Source of the DNA: a virus
DNA length: 64,000 bases
Direction: 5' to 3' (one strand)
IMG/VR virus record: IMGVR_UViG_3300035137_000073
Coordinates: 3,918-67,917 of that record
This document shows, one piece after another, positions 20,713 to 29,809 of this stretch (positions are counted from its first letter, which is position 1; each line of letters begins with the position of its first letter). The position numbers and the translations under genes are program-made. Below the pieces are notes generated by a model. It searched no databases, was not told where the DNA came from, and saw only the letters and a list, made by a program, of their open reading frames with translations.

Positions 20713-21075
20713 GTGGCCACATTCACGCCCGTTCCGAAGGCGGACCTGAAGGACCCGGCCTTTCTCGAGCATTGCCGCGAGCTCTGTCGGCTATGGCGAG
20801 TCCCGTGCTTCATCAGCGGAGTACGGGACGGAACGATTGTTCCCCACCACGTACGCCCAAAGGCGGTCTGGGGCGACAAGAACAACGTCGTGTTTCTCAG
20901 TTCGGCCTACCACGTCGAGCGCAACGACTCCGCACATCGTCTCGGTAGCTACATCGCATTTGACGCAAAACATGGTTGCGATCTCGTCGCCGAGGCGTTT
21001 CGGATCTACCAGGAGTATCTGCGAATTTACCGACCCAAAGGAGAAGACAGTGAAGGTATCAATACCGACGGTTGA
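20713..21075 (+). CDS. DUF968/Ref-like HNH-fold protein
   Basis: PC..SG...PHHV...L...H......H..G...F...HG pattern. Confidence 0.55.
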   Translation: MATFTPVPKADLKDPAFLEHCRELCRLWRVPCFISGVRDGTIVPHHVRPKAVWGDKNNVVFLSSAYHVERNDSAHRLGSYIAFDAKHGCDLVAEAFRIYQEYLRIYRPKGEDSEGINTDG

Positions 21076-21253
21076 GGTGAACGCCAATCAGTTGATCGCG
21101 ATCGGCAACGGAGAAATTGCAACCCGGTTGCGGGTTCGGGGCTGGATTGAGGGTGTCATTCAGAAGGCGCTGGAAGATGTTGTGCCAGAGTATCATAGGG
21201 CGCAACTCGCGAAACACGAGGAACGCGACGACGACCTACCGGAAGGGATCTGA
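21050..21253 (+). CDS. Hypothetical protein
   Basis: AAGGAG RBS before GTG. Confidence 0.5.
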   Translation: MKVSIPTVEVNANQLIAIGNGEIATRLRVRGWIEGVIQKALEDVVPEYHRAQLAKHEERDDDLPEGI

Positions 21254-21263
21254 GGTATTCGGT

Positions 21264-21425
21264 ATGGCAACCAAAGTTCTAGACAACGAGTCGGCGTACT
21301 GGATGGCTCACAAACTAGAGGGATGCGCGAGCAACAACAAGCGCAAAGTGGTGCTTAGTAAATCCGAGGCGTTGCGAATAGCCGCAACGCTACGACGACT
21401 CATTGCGATCCGAACCGACAAGTGA
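21264..21425 (+). CDS. Hypothetical protein
   Basis: GAGGT RBS; fills the gap before the initiator gene. Confidence 0.4.
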   Translation: MATKVLDNESAYWMAHKLEGCASNNKRKVVLSKSEALRIAATLRRLIAIRTDK

Positions 21426-22185
21426 CGTGCGCGGAGGCTATCTCCCTGCTTGGCGAAAGATCTTTGATCCATCTCATCCCCTTCATCCATCGAGTACGGG
21501 GGAGCCTGCGTGTCGTGCGTTCGCCTGGTTGGACATGTGCAGCATGGCACGGTTTGAGGACGGAGACTTTCTCAAACGCGGCCAACTATACGGCAGCATC
21601 CGGACATTTGCGAAGCGTTGGAACTGGTCGCGCAGTAAGGCGGCTCGCGTGCTAAAAGAATGGGTGTCAGCAGAGCAAATTGCGGTCAAAACCGTGACGC
21701 AAAGTCGGGACAGTCGGCGGGACAGTTATCTGCAAAAACCGGGACAGTCACCTAGTGTCATAACTATATGCAACTACGACACTTACAACCCGCAGTCCGA
21801 TGAAGGTGGGACAGTTGGTGGCGAATTGTGGGACGGTTCGTGTTCAAATCGTGGGACAAGAAGAAGAAATAAGAATGGTGATAAAGAGTATATGGCGGAA
21901 TTTGAGGTTGTTTGGAAGGCATGGAAGGGGCGTCCCAACAACAACAAGAAGGCCGCATTCAAAGCGTACAAGGCTCGGCGTCGGAGTGGTGTATCGGCCG
22001 AAGACTTAAAGGCGGGAGTGGTACGCTACTACAAGTACCTCAGGGAACAGGGAAAGCTTGGCACGGAATTCATGAAGACAGCTGCGGCATTTTTTGGACC
22101 GAACGAGCATTGGAAGGATAAGTACAACGAGGAACGCAAGGCACAGCCGGATCTTCCGTTACTCAATGCCGGAGCGGGTAAATGA
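21403..22185 (+). CDS. Phage replication initiator (lambda O/replisome-organiser-like)
   Basis: wHTH segment RGQLYGSIRTFAKRWNWS, ITICNYDTY, C-terminal FEVVWKAW...KKAAFKAY, internal iterons, helicase gene next. Confidence 0.8.
   Translation: MRSEPTSDVRGGYLPAWRKIFDPSHPLHPSSTGEPACRAFAWLDMCSMARFEDGDFLKRGQLYGSIRTFAKRWNWSRSKAARVLKEWVSAEQIAVKTVTQSRDSRRDSYLQKPGQSPSVITICNYDTYNPQSDEGGTVGGELWDGSCSNRGTRRRNKNGDKEYMAEFEVVWKAWKGRPNNNKKAAFKAYKARRRSGVSAEDLKAGVVRYYKYLREQGKLGTEFMKTAAAFFGPNEHWKDKYNEERKAQPDLPLLNAGAGK
21707..21890. repeat. Putative replication origin: GGGACAG-like iterons plus A-rich tract within the initiator gene
   Basis: GGGAC(A/G) at 21707, 21719, 21741, 21808, 21830 and 21853, followed by AAGAAGAAATAAGAAT. 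Confidence 0.6.
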
Positions 22186-23084
22186 GCGATACTGACAGCT
22201 TACTTCGTCCCGTTGGCGAACAAACCCTGTACGGGATGTTCAACCGCAACTCGATGCCCGTCGAAGCGGTACCCACGATGTTGCCGACCTGGAACCAGAT
22301 GTGTCGGGATGAAGGTGGGGGGGTCGGCCTTGCTCATGGGTGGCATGTCATCGTTGCCGGCAAGACTGGATCTGGCAAGTCGTTGTTCGGGCTCAATCTT
22401 GCAGCCGCCGCAATGAAGAAGAAATACCCGGTTGGGTTCATCTCGCTTGAGATGTCGCGTACACAACTGGTGACGCGAGCGCTGTCGATCGTGTCTGGCG
22501 AGCGGGTGTCGCGGCTGGAGCCCGGGCCGGACTATGACCAAGAGGTGTTTCAGCAAGCAGCGCAGCGATGGGTAGACACCGTCGAGAACAAGTTGTTCGT
22601 CAACAAGGTCCCGATCCATTCACTTGGCGATATCGAGACGGCGATGGTTCGCGCATACGAGCAAGACTATGTGCGGTGCTTCATCACTGACTACCTCCAA
22701 CTCGCCTGGGTGTCGGACGCAAAGGGGCTCCAAGACCAGATAACCGAAGTCTCCCATAAAATCCGCGGATTGGCTCAGAAGTATCAGCTAGTGTCGATCG
22801 GGCTCAGCCAGTACAACCGTGAAACATCGAAGTCGAAAGACCGGCCTGAGGCGACAGGGTTGATGGGTGGGTCGAGCCTCGAAAACGATGCCGACCAGGT
22901 GGTTCTGCTCGACCACACCACGTTCAAGAAGACATCCAAAACCTCGGCAACCCAAGAGGTGTTGTTGGCCAAGAATCGTCACGGTTCCAAAGGGCGGATC
23001 GCCGTGGCTTGGGACTTCACGACCCTGCGGGTCACCGAACTTCAGGAGGGCGCCGCAGATGACGAAGACGATGCGCCTTTCTGA
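22182..23084 (+). CDS. dnaB: DnaB-like replicative helicase (C-terminal motor domain only)
   Basis: AGKTGSGKS, SLEM, DYLQL, LSQYNR, SLENDADQV, KNRHG. Confidence 0.9.
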   Translation: MSDTDSLLRPVGEQTLYGMFNRNSMPVEAVPTMLPTWNQMCRDEGGGVGLAHGWHVIVAGKTGSGKSLFGLNLAAAAMKKKYPVGFISLEMSRTQLVTRALSIVSGERVSRLEPGPDYDQEVFQQAAQRWVDTVENKLFVNKVPIHSLGDIETAMVRAYEQDYVRCFITDYLQLAWVSDAKGLQDQITEVSHKIRGLAQKYQLVSIGLSQYNRETSKSKDRPEATGLMGGSSLENDADQVVLLDHTTFKKTSKTSATQEVLLAKNRHGSKGRIAVAWDFTTLRVTELQEGAADDEDDAPF

Positions 23085-23415
23085 GTATCACGCCTACCTG
23101 CGCTCGCCGGAGTGGGAAGCCAAGAAGCTGAAGATGTTCCAGCTGCGCGGCCGGCACTGCGAGCGATGTGGCAGCCGGAAGGACATTGAGGTCCACCACA
23201 AGACATATAAGCGTCTTGGCCGAGAGCGGTACGAGGACCTGGAAGTGTTGTGCGGCTACTGCCACGGTCTCGAGGGTGGGTATGAGCGGTTGCACGACGA
23301 GCGTGTCGGTGATATCCAGCGGCTGAACGAGAACGATTTCGCACGAGTACTGAAACGAGTGTTGGTTCGTTCTGACCAGGCGCTCATCGAAGACGCGCAG
23401 ATGGTAGACGACTGA
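23059..23415 (+). CDS. HNH endonuclease
   Basis: YLRSPEW...CERCG...[12 protein letters not shown]...DL..LCGYCH. Confidence 0.85.
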   Translation: MTKTMRLSEYHAYLRSPEWEAKKLKMFQLRGRHCERCGSRKDIEVHHKTYKRLGRERYEDLEVLCGYCHGLEGGYERLHDERVGDIQRLNENDFARVLKRVLVRSDQALIEDAQMVDD

Positions 23416-23455
23416 TGCCCCGAGTCCGGTACCGTCCGACCGAAAGGAAAAGAAC

Positions 23456-24046
23456 GTGAGCATTGAAATACTGAACCGCTGGACAAAAGCGGTCCTATAT
23501 AAGAGCGAGGACGCGCAAGACATACGGGCTGCGGTAGTCGCGGCTGTGAACCGTGGCGCGAATCTCCGTGACGCGGATCTCCGTGACGCGGATCTCCGTG
23601 GCGCGAATCTCCGTGACGCGAATCTCCGTGACGCGGATCTCCGTGACGCGAATCTCCGTGACGCGGATCTCCGTGACGCGAATCTCCGTGGCGCGGATCT
23701 CCGTGACGCGAATCTCCGTGGCGCGGATCTCCGTGGCTTCCAAATCCCACACGGCGAACTCGTGGTGTGGAAGAAGGTGCAAGACAAGCTCGTACGGCTA
23801 CGCATTCCGGAAAAGGCGCGGCGCACCGCGTGTTTTGTGAATCGCAAGTGTCGAGCCGAGTTCGCCGTAGTGGAATGGATTGAAGACGGCGGCCCGGTGA
23901 TGAGTGACGGCATGGGAAGTGGTGCGCCGACAACATACGCTGTTGGCGAAGAGGTACGGCCTGACAAGTATGACGACGACGTGCGGGTCGATTGTTCTCA
24001 CGGCATACACTTTTTTTTGACGCGTGAAGAGGCGCGGGCGTGGTGA
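23456..24046 (+). CDS. Pentapeptide-repeat protein with DUF5758-like C-terminus
   Basis: 12 x A(N/D)LR(D/G); C-terminal KCRA...CSHGIHFF. Confidence 0.9.
   Translation: MSIEILNRWTKAVLYKSEDAQDIRAAVVAAVNRGANLRDADLRDADLRGANLRDANLRDADLRDANLRDADLRDANLRGADLRDANLRGADLRGFQIPHGELVVWKKVQDKLVRLRIPEKARRTACFVNRKCRAEFAVVEWIEDGGPVMSDGMGSGAPTTYAVGEEVRPDKYDDDVRVDCSHGIHFFLTREEARAW
23558..23737. repeat. 15-bp tandem repeat (12 units) encoding pentapeptides
   Basis: GCG(A/G)ATCTCCGTG(A/G)C units. Confidence 0.95.
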
Positions 24047-24077
24047 ATTGTTACCGTCCGACCGTGAGCATTGAGCG

Positions 24078-24350
24078 ATGATTCGACAACACAATTTCGG
24101 CGGACCGTTCTGCTGTGTTCGGTGCGGACACGCTAGTCAGTACCAGTACGAGGGGTCACGCACGCAATGCGAAGAGTGCGGCTACCGCGGCGCGATCCCC
24201 GTTACGTGGGATGACTGGCATAGGCGAGCAGATTTGTTGCGACGAAGAAAAAAGCTAGCTGTATCGGTTACTCCTCCGATGGTCACAGTAAAGGCGATGC
24301 CTACGCCACCCCCAAGCCTTTTTAGATGTAAAGGAAAAAACAGTGAGTGA
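24078..24350 (+). CDS. Zn-ribbon hypothetical protein
   Basis: CxxC...CxxC. Confidence 0.45.
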   Translation: MIRQHNFGGPFCCVRCGHASQYQYEGSRTQCEECGYRGAIPVTWDDWHRRADLLRRRKKLAVSVTPPMVTVKAMPTPPPSLFRCKGKNSE

Positions 24351-24564
24351 AAACCAGACAAATGTATTGGTGGCCACGTGCGTGACGACTTGTGGATGCG
24401 TCTGCGCTACCATCGGCGTAAACATCGGATACTACGTCACAAACGACTCAGCATCAGTAACTGTTTTAACGGTGATCTTTATGATTCTAGGGTTGTTGGC
24501 TTTCATGGGTGGTATTGTATGGGCAATGCGCGGAGACGAGGTTTCGCATGACCCGCGTCGGTAG
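24343..24564 (+). CDS. Small two-TM membrane protein
   Basis: Two hydrophobic segments; AAGGA RBS. Confidence 0.55.
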   Translation: MSENQTNVLVATCVTTCGCVCATIGVNIGYYVTNDSASVTVLTVIFMILGLLAFMGGIVWAMRGDEVSHDPRR

Positions 24565-24802
24565 AGCGACAGACGAGCGGCGTGTGCGCGTCAGTATCGA
24601 GTATGCGCGGTATCTCGCCGACAAGCAGGGGTTGACCATCCTGCGGCTGCCTATCGGTACAGGCGGGCTTGCAAGACGCTACGCTGTGCTTCGTACCGAC
24701 CTTTGGATGCGGTATGGTATCGAGGCTCCATACATCAAATACCGCGGACTCAAGACGCTGATAGCCGCCCTGACGCCGCAGAGGCGGGAGGCCGGGGCGT
24801 GA
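24548..24802 (+). CDS. Hypothetical protein
   Basis: Overlapping ORF with GAGGT RBS. Confidence 0.45.
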   Translation: MTRVGRATDERRVRVSIEYARYLADKQGLTILRLPIGTGGLARRYAVLRTDLWMRYGIEAPYIKYRGLKTLIAALTPQRREAGA

Positions 24803-24812
24803 GAAAGGCGAG

Positions 24813-25091
24813 ATGATGAAACAGAGAGCTACCGATCAAGCGTTACCGTTGAATGCTTGGGATGAAGGGATCAAATGGTCGTGCGGTTTTTTGGGACGCA
24901 GGCGTATCTGTTTGCGAGCCCGACGCTTCGATTCAGGATCGCGCTTACTGGCCGTGACGTTCGGCTACGATGGCAGGTACAGCTATTTCGACGGTTACCG
25001 CATAGACAACAAGATAGGCATTTCGTTGGGCTGGTGGTGGGGAGATCTAACACTTGTTGTCGGATTGGCGACACCTGAAAGGGAAATTTAG
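24813..25091 (+). CDS. Hypothetical protein
   Basis: ORF in operon order. Confidence 0.45.
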   Translation: MMKQRATDQALPLNAWDEGIKWSCGFLGRRRICLRARRFDSGSRLLAVTFGYDGRYSYFDGYRIDNKIGISLGWWWGDLTLVVGLATPEREI

Positions 25092-25142
25092 ATGCGGCAA
25101 TCAAGCAATTACCCGCGGCCCCGGCCGCTGAGGAGGTGAGAC

Positions 25143-25436
25143 GTGAAGGAGGGTGAGATCTGGCTGAGAATCGCCGAAGATGTGGAATGCAACAACCCTG
25201 GATATTTCTTAGGGCTGTGTGAGCGGATACAGCACTACCGCGTGTCTGAGTACACACGCAACGTACGCACAATAAAGCGCATGGACGCACGCTTGCAGTT
25301 GTTCAGGCCCAACGGCGCAGATGACTTCGACTATTGGTGGAGTTCGAAGTTTGGGCCCACAAATCCGAGTTATCGAGAATCTGAAGCCTGTCGCGTTCTG
25401 GCGGCGTGTTTCTTGGCGGCGATGTCCGATGCCTGA
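25143..25436 (+). CDS. Hypothetical protein
   Basis: Strong GGAGGTG RBS. Confidence 0.55.
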   Translation: MKEGEIWLRIAEDVECNNPGYFLGLCERIQHYRVSEYTRNVRTIKRMDARLQLFRPNGADDFDYWWSSKFGPTNPSYRESEACRVLAACFLAAMSDA

Positions 25437-26232
25437 CGCCGACCGCGAGAGGATCGAGGGGCCTACGCCAATTCGATGTCCACACCATCCTGATGTTGAT
25501 TGGGATCATATGCGCGGTTGTCCTGAGTGTTTGAAAGAACTGCGAGATGCGCCAAAACCGCTGGTCACTGATCGTCAGGCGTACGTGATGGCTGCCGAAA
25601 TCATGCAATCGACACTGTGGGACGGCCTGGATAATGAGTGCCGAGAAGCGGTTCGGGCCGCAACAGCAGAAGGCGTTGTTTGGGCTCACAAGTCCCGCGT
25701 GCAACCCGAAGGAGGTGATGCCGATGGTGTCGGTGGACCGACACGGAGCACCGATGTAACTCAGGGAGAGGGGGACTACGACGACTGGTGCGACCACGAA
25801 GACGCGCACCTGATCGAAGATTCGCCCGCAGACGATTCCCCGTATCAGAGCGAAAGCGCCCCCTCTCCCGACCTCGAGCGCGTGCGGGAATTGCGAGCCT
25901 TGGTTCCGGAAATGCGGTCCGCTTCGACACTGTGCGGCCCCGGTGAGGAGAAAGAACTGGCAACAGGTGTGGCGTTGATTGTTGACGAACTGTGCGCGAT
26001 CATCGAGCGGCTGGCGGGTGAGAACGCCCGTCTCCGTGCCCGTCTGGAGGAGGCGCGGAAGGTGGTAGAGCCGTTAAAGCGCGAACGAGACGTGTTTGCT
26101 GGAAGAGATCCCAAAAGACGAATTATAGGCATGTCGCCATACAAAGACCTTTCCGGCGACGTTGAACTGTTTGGGAAGATTACCAAGTCACACCTTGAGG
26201 CCGCCGCCCGGTTCATTGGAGGAGAACGATGA
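25429..26232 (+). CDS. Hypothetical mosaic protein (Cys motif, coiled coil)
   Basis: Overlap-coupled ORF; ead/ea22-like patchwork. Confidence 0.55.
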   Translation: MPDADRERIEGPTPIRCPHHPDVDWDHMRGCPECLKELRDAPKPLVTDRQAYVMAAEIMQSTLWDGLDNECREAVRAATAEGVVWAHKSRVQPEGGDADGVGGPTRSTDVTQGEGDYDDWCDHEDAHLIEDSPADDSPYQSESAPSPDLERVRELRALVPEMRSASTLCGPGEEKELATGVALIVDELCAIIERLAGENARLRARLEEARKVVEPLKRERDVFAGRDPKRRIIGMSPYKDLSGDVELFGKITKSHLEAAARFIGGER

Positions 26233-26414
26233 GTGACCACATCCGACTCGCGTATGAGCGCGACGCCCTCCGCGCCCGCGTCGAGGAGTTGGAGGCGGAT
26301 AACGAACGGCTGCGGAAGGTCGAGGCGGCGGCGAAAACGTTTGTTGCTGCCGCATATCAAGCGGGGGCTCTTGAGGCCTTTGACGAACTGCGCGCATCCC
26401 TGGGGGACTTATGA
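26229..26414 (+). CDS. Short coiled-coil hypothetical protein
   Basis: ATGA overlap, GGAGGAG RBS. Confidence 0.55.
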   Translation: MSDHIRLAYERDALRARVEELEADNERLRKVEAAAKTFVAAAYQAGALEAFDELRASLGDL

Positions 26415-26552
26415 TAGTCATACGATGCCCACGGTGCGGTAGTGACCAAATCGCCACTAGTACAGCAACGGCAGAAAAACCGCACCTCTGCCTATTATGT
26501 GGCCTTACGTTCCGCGCCAACGTACTCAAGGCAATCGCGGAGGGCGGCGACG

Positions 26553-27161
26553 ATGGATGACAAAGAACGATTGAACATCGAAAATGACTTGCGACAGTGC
26601 CCGTACATTGTACCGGCCAATGGCTGTGCCTGCTCGAATTACGAACACGCAGCGGAGTGGTTTGTTGAGCGCGGCTACCGTCGCTCCGGGGAGTGCGTGA
26701 GTGTGGACCGGCACTGTGGTACGTGCCGGCACCACGGCGAACTTAGTAAAGATGGCCAACACACGTATGAGTGTTTACAGCCCATAGACGTAACATGCGT
26801 CAACTGGAACAAATGGGACAGCCAAGGAACCTCCGGCTCCCCCGAGGACGAGGGGGAACTGGTACAAACGCTTGATTCCATCCTTGCCGATTGGGAGAGG
26901 TTCGGAGAAATGAACGGCTACGATCAGGCACCGTGGATTGTCAAGGGACTGCGGGATAGTGGGTTCTGTGTGATCGACACCGCCGAACTCGCGGCGCTGA
27001 AGGAGAGGGTGAGAAAGCTTGAGTCGGTACGACGAGTGCCGTTAACGGCGCGAGTGTTTGGCCCTGCCGCCGACAACGCAAGACGGCAGAGAGAAGAGGC
27101 GCAGATGGAAGAGGCGTCGAAAAAACTCGCCGCGCTCGACAAGGAGGAAGGCTGTGAGTGA
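26553..27161 (+). CDS. Hypothetical Cys-rich protein
   Basis: GGAGG RBS; CxxCxH...C...C..W. Confidence 0.55.
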   Translation: MDDKERLNIENDLRQCPYIVPANGCACSNYEHAAEWFVERGYRRSGECVSVDRHCGTCRHHGELSKDGQHTYECLQPIDVTCVNWNKWDSQGTSGSPEDEGELVQTLDSILADWERFGEMNGYDQAPWIVKGLRDSGFCVIDTAELAALKERVRKLESVRRVPLTARVFGPAADNARRQREEAQMEEASKKLAALDKEEGCE

Positions 27162-27417
27162 GATGAACGAATTGTTGGGTGAGATTCAAGGCTTCTTAGA
27201 AAAGTCCGCCAACTCGTCACGCCCTGTCGATTACTCAGAAGCGATGGAATTGCACGACAGAATTGGTGCGATCACGCTGCCTACCGCGCTCTCGCCCACG
27301 GTGAGCGAGATCGAACAGCAGAAAGTTGTCTGCCAACACTGCAACCGTGTCACCCATGCGGGCTACTCATACAAAGGCACATTTTCCACTACCCGTGCCG
27401 CGCTGGAGGGGCGATGA
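27154..27417 (+). CDS. Hypothetical protein
   Basis: Overlap-coupled ORF. Confidence 0.5.
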   Translation: MSEMNELLGEIQGFLEKSANSSRPVDYSEAMELHDRIGAITLPTALSPTVSEIEQQKVVCQHCNRVTHAGYSYKGTFSTTRAALEGR

Positions 27418-27641
27418 GTGACGTACAGATACCCTACGAGGCGTGCGAACTCGGGAACACGCATGGGCGTGCGCCGGTTGAAATCACATGTCCGTTTTGC
27501 GCCACTGTGTTTACTGCCTATAAGTGGTCCCTGGCTGGCAGTGGTAAACGATGCCCTGGGTGTCGAGCGATGTTTTCGCTTTGGGGAGCGACGTCGGCGG
27601 CTGCATGGAAAGCACTGACGAATCGGAGGGGCGATGAGTGA
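27414..27641 (+). CDS. Zn-ribbon protein flanked by 18-bp direct repeats
   Basis: CPFC...YKWSLAGSGKRCPGC. Confidence 0.6.
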   Translation: MSDVQIPYEACELGNTHGRAPVEITCPFCATVFTAYKWSLAGSGKRCPGCRAMFSLWGATSAAAWKALTNRRGDE

Positions 27642-27798
27642 CACAACTACGCCGCCGATGCCTCCTCAATACGAGTACAAGGGGTTCAAGGCGAGTGTCG
27701 ATTTCTGGAAGCGCACCGAATACATGAAGATTGTGTTCGATCCGAAAGAACACGAGCAGCGACGAATTCGACATCGGTTACAGGAGATGCTGCCATGA
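27634..27798 (+). CDS. Small hypothetical protein (not in ORF track)
   Basis: MSDTTTPPMPPQYEYKGFKASVDFW...; GGAGG RBS; ATGA overlap with the next gene. Confidence 0.45.
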   Translation: MSDTTTPPMPPQYEYKGFKASVDFWKRTEYMKIVFDPKEHEQRRIRHRLQEMLP

Positions 27799-28253
27799 CC
27801 ACCGACCGCAACGTGTTGATCGCCGAACGTGTGATGGGGTGGCGGTGGTTCACGGTCGCAACGGTCAACGTGCTCGTGCCGCCGTTCATGGCCAGAGATA
27901 TGGTTTTACATCCTGCGTTGTACCAAGAAGGCAAGCATGGTTCACAAACCAATGGGGAAGATGGCAACTTTTTTTACGATTCAGCGCGGATACCCCCCGA
28001 GCACTATCCACCAATTCCCGACCCCGAACACGACCCCGTAGCGTGCCACGAGGCCCTAGACAAGATGCGCGAGATGGGGTGGGAGAAAGAGTGGCGCGAA
28101 GACGACCATGGACACACCGTTGAATTAGCTAAGTGGTACACGGTCGCTGGCACACAGCGGTGGCGCACCATCGAAGGAATGTCCGCCATCCCCGGTCCCT
28201 TGGGTTTCTGCGACGCCGCGTGTGCGGCGATGGAAAGGGCGGTGGAAGGATGA
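27795..28253 (+). CDS. Phage ABA-sandwich-like protein
   Basis: DRNVLIAERVMGW...P..D..AC...DKM...CDAA pattern. Confidence 0.55.
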   Translation: MTTDRNVLIAERVMGWRWFTVATVNVLVPPFMARDMVLHPALYQEGKHGSQTNGEDGNFFYDSARIPPEHYPPIPDPEHDPVACHEALDKMREMGWEKEWREDDHGHTVELAKWYTVAGTQRWRTIEGMSAIPGPLGFCDAACAAMERAVEG

Positions 28254-28528
28254 GTGAAACGACCGAAATAACCGACCTCGATCGTGAATATGGCGTATGG
28301 GTTTCTGATATTCCGCTTGATACGTCGGTACAATTTACGTCGGCGTGGTGGAGTGGTGCGAAAGCACGGCAAGCGAACAAACCACGCTTTACGTGTCCAT
28401 ATCGAGATGTTCGAGCGTGGAACGGGGCCGTCACATTCTCGCGTGCTTTTCGGCGTTTTTGGCTAGATGGTTGGGACTGTGCTGATGAATTTGCCAAAAC
28501 CGTCGCCGCCCCCGAGGGGGACGCGTGA
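28250..28528 (+). CDS. Ribosome modulation factor (Rmf)-like protein
   Basis: AWWSG..A......CPY......RRFWLDGW matches the Rmf G..A...CPY...W..GW signature. Confidence 0.55.
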   Translation: MSETTEITDLDREYGVWVSDIPLDTSVQFTSAWWSGAKARQANKPRFTCPYRDVRAWNGAVTFSRAFRRFWLDGWDCADEFAKTVAAPEGDA

Positions 28529-28689
28529 GCGAGAAACCGAACCTTTACCTCGACGTTGACGGTGTTCTGTGGGTTGTGAAATCGACGGGCGTGATTGCGA
28601 GTCCATATGAACGGGCTGCCGCTCCGGGGTTGGGGAGCTTTCTCGCTTTCGCGTTCGAGCACTACAACGTCAAATGGCTGACATCTTGA
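28525..28689 (+). pseudogene. Truncated HAD-family phosphatase
   Basis: LYLDVDGVL motif I; VKWLTS followed by TGA; rest of domain absent. Confidence 0.55.
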
Positions 28690-28740
28690 TCGCGGCACAG
28701 ATGGAATTGCGCCGTCGCGCTCAACGCAGGGGGTGAGTGA

Positions 28741-29010
28741 GTGAGCAACCTATTTTACACTCCGTATGGTTGGTGGCAGTTCCTAAAACGTTGGTGGCGT
28801 GTAGGCCCAATAGTTTCCCGTACCGAGCGGTGTCCGCGTTGCGGTCGCAAGTTCAGCGATTGGTTTGTATGGACAGACGATCGTAAGTCTGAGTACTGCG
28901 GTTACCGTTACTGCTATCCGTGCTATAGGGAAACTCGCGAAGTCATCAGAGAGTTGGTGATTCCATCTTGGTTTCGACCCGCCCCGCTCGGGCACGAGGG
29001 GGAGAGATGA
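28741..29010 (+). CDS. Cys-containing hypothetical protein
   Basis: CPRC...CYPC. Confidence 0.5.
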   Translation: MSNLFYTPYGWWQFLKRWWRVGPIVSRTERCPRCGRKFSDWFVWTDDRKSEYCGYRYCYPCYRETREVIRELVIPSWFRPAPLGHEGER

Positions 29011-29171
29011 AACGACCGCTGAATGCAAAATTGCTTGCCGAATGTATGATGTGGCTCGGACTGGGAACCGTCATATTCGGAATAATAACCCACGACGATC
29101 ATACGATCACGCAAGGGTTTGTGATCTTCGTCATGGGTGAGGTATGGGACATCAGGGCCAAACTCCCGTGA
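29007..29171 (+). CDS. Small membrane protein
   Basis: ATGA overlap, two hydrophobic stretches. Confidence 0.45.
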   Translation: MKRPLNAKLLAECMMWLGLGTVIFGIITHDDHTITQGFVIFVMGEVWDIRAKLP

Positions 29172-29194
29172 CCCCGACCGAAAAGGAGACCGAG

Positions 29195-29560
29195 ATGGCG
29201 TTGATTATCCCTGAGCCGCCATCAGCTAATCGGTACTGGCGACACACGGCGCGCGGTGGTCGAGCGATTACATACAAGAGTGCGAAGGCAAAGCAGTATC
29301 AATCTGAAGTCAGGACGCGCGCGATGCTGGCGGGATTGCAGCCATTGAATGGCCCGGTAGAAGTCCACTTGGTGTGGTACCGGAAGGCGAGACGCGGCGA
29401 TCTGGACAACAGGTTGAAAGTGATTTTCGACGCCCTACAAGGCGCGGCGTATGTGGATGACTCGCAGATAGTAGCCATCACAGCCCGGCGCGAAGAAGAC
29501 AAGAACAACCCGCGGGTCGAGATCGTGGTTCGGCCCCGCGACTCTCACATAACGAGGTGA
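29195..29560 (+). CDS. rusA: RusA-like Holliday junction resolvase
   Basis: PPSANRYWR...DLDNRLKVIFDAL....DDSQI. Confidence 0.9.
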   Translation: MALIIPEPPSANRYWRHTARGGRAITYKSAKAKQYQSEVRTRAMLAGLQPLNGPVEVHLVWYRKARRGDLDNRLKVIFDALQGAAYVDDSQIVAITARREEDKNNPRVEIVVRPRDSHITR

Positions 29561-29563
29561 CAC

Positions 29564-29782
29564 ATGGCAACAAGTAGCAGCAGTTCAGGAGGAGCCGGTT
29601 TTGCCGGACTTCTCACAGTGCTGTTTATCGGACTCAAGTTGACCGGCCATATCGACTGGTCGTGGTGGTGGGTGTTGTCGCCGCTGTGGATCGCGACGAG
29701 TGCTGTGATCGTGTTTCTCGCCGCGTTTGTGCTTATCGGCACGCTTTTGGACTCGCGCAAAATCCGCAAGCGTGTCCGGTGA
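29564..29782 (+). CDS. Small phage membrane protein
   Basis: GFAGLLTVLFIGLKLTGHIDWSWWWVLSPLW, a common phage TM family. Confidence 0.75.
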   Translation: MATSSSSSGGAGFAGLLTVLFIGLKLTGHIDWSWWWVLSPLWIATSAVIVFLAAFVLIGTLLDSRKIRKRVR

Positions 29783-29809
29783 CTGACTACCCCTAACACG
29801 AGGTGACAC

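Noticed and set aside
23558-23737. Possible CRISPR array
   Set aside because: Contiguous 15-bp units with no spacers, in-frame pentapeptide coding, and no cas genes
23803-23812. Possible fifth palindrome copy (CATTCCGGAA)
   Set aside because: Only the core and part of one arm match, which is compatible with chance
28687-28689. TGA-to-Trp recoding in this phage
   Set aside because: TGA serves as a normal stop in many ATGA/TGATG overlaps, and readthrough would not restore a full HAD domain
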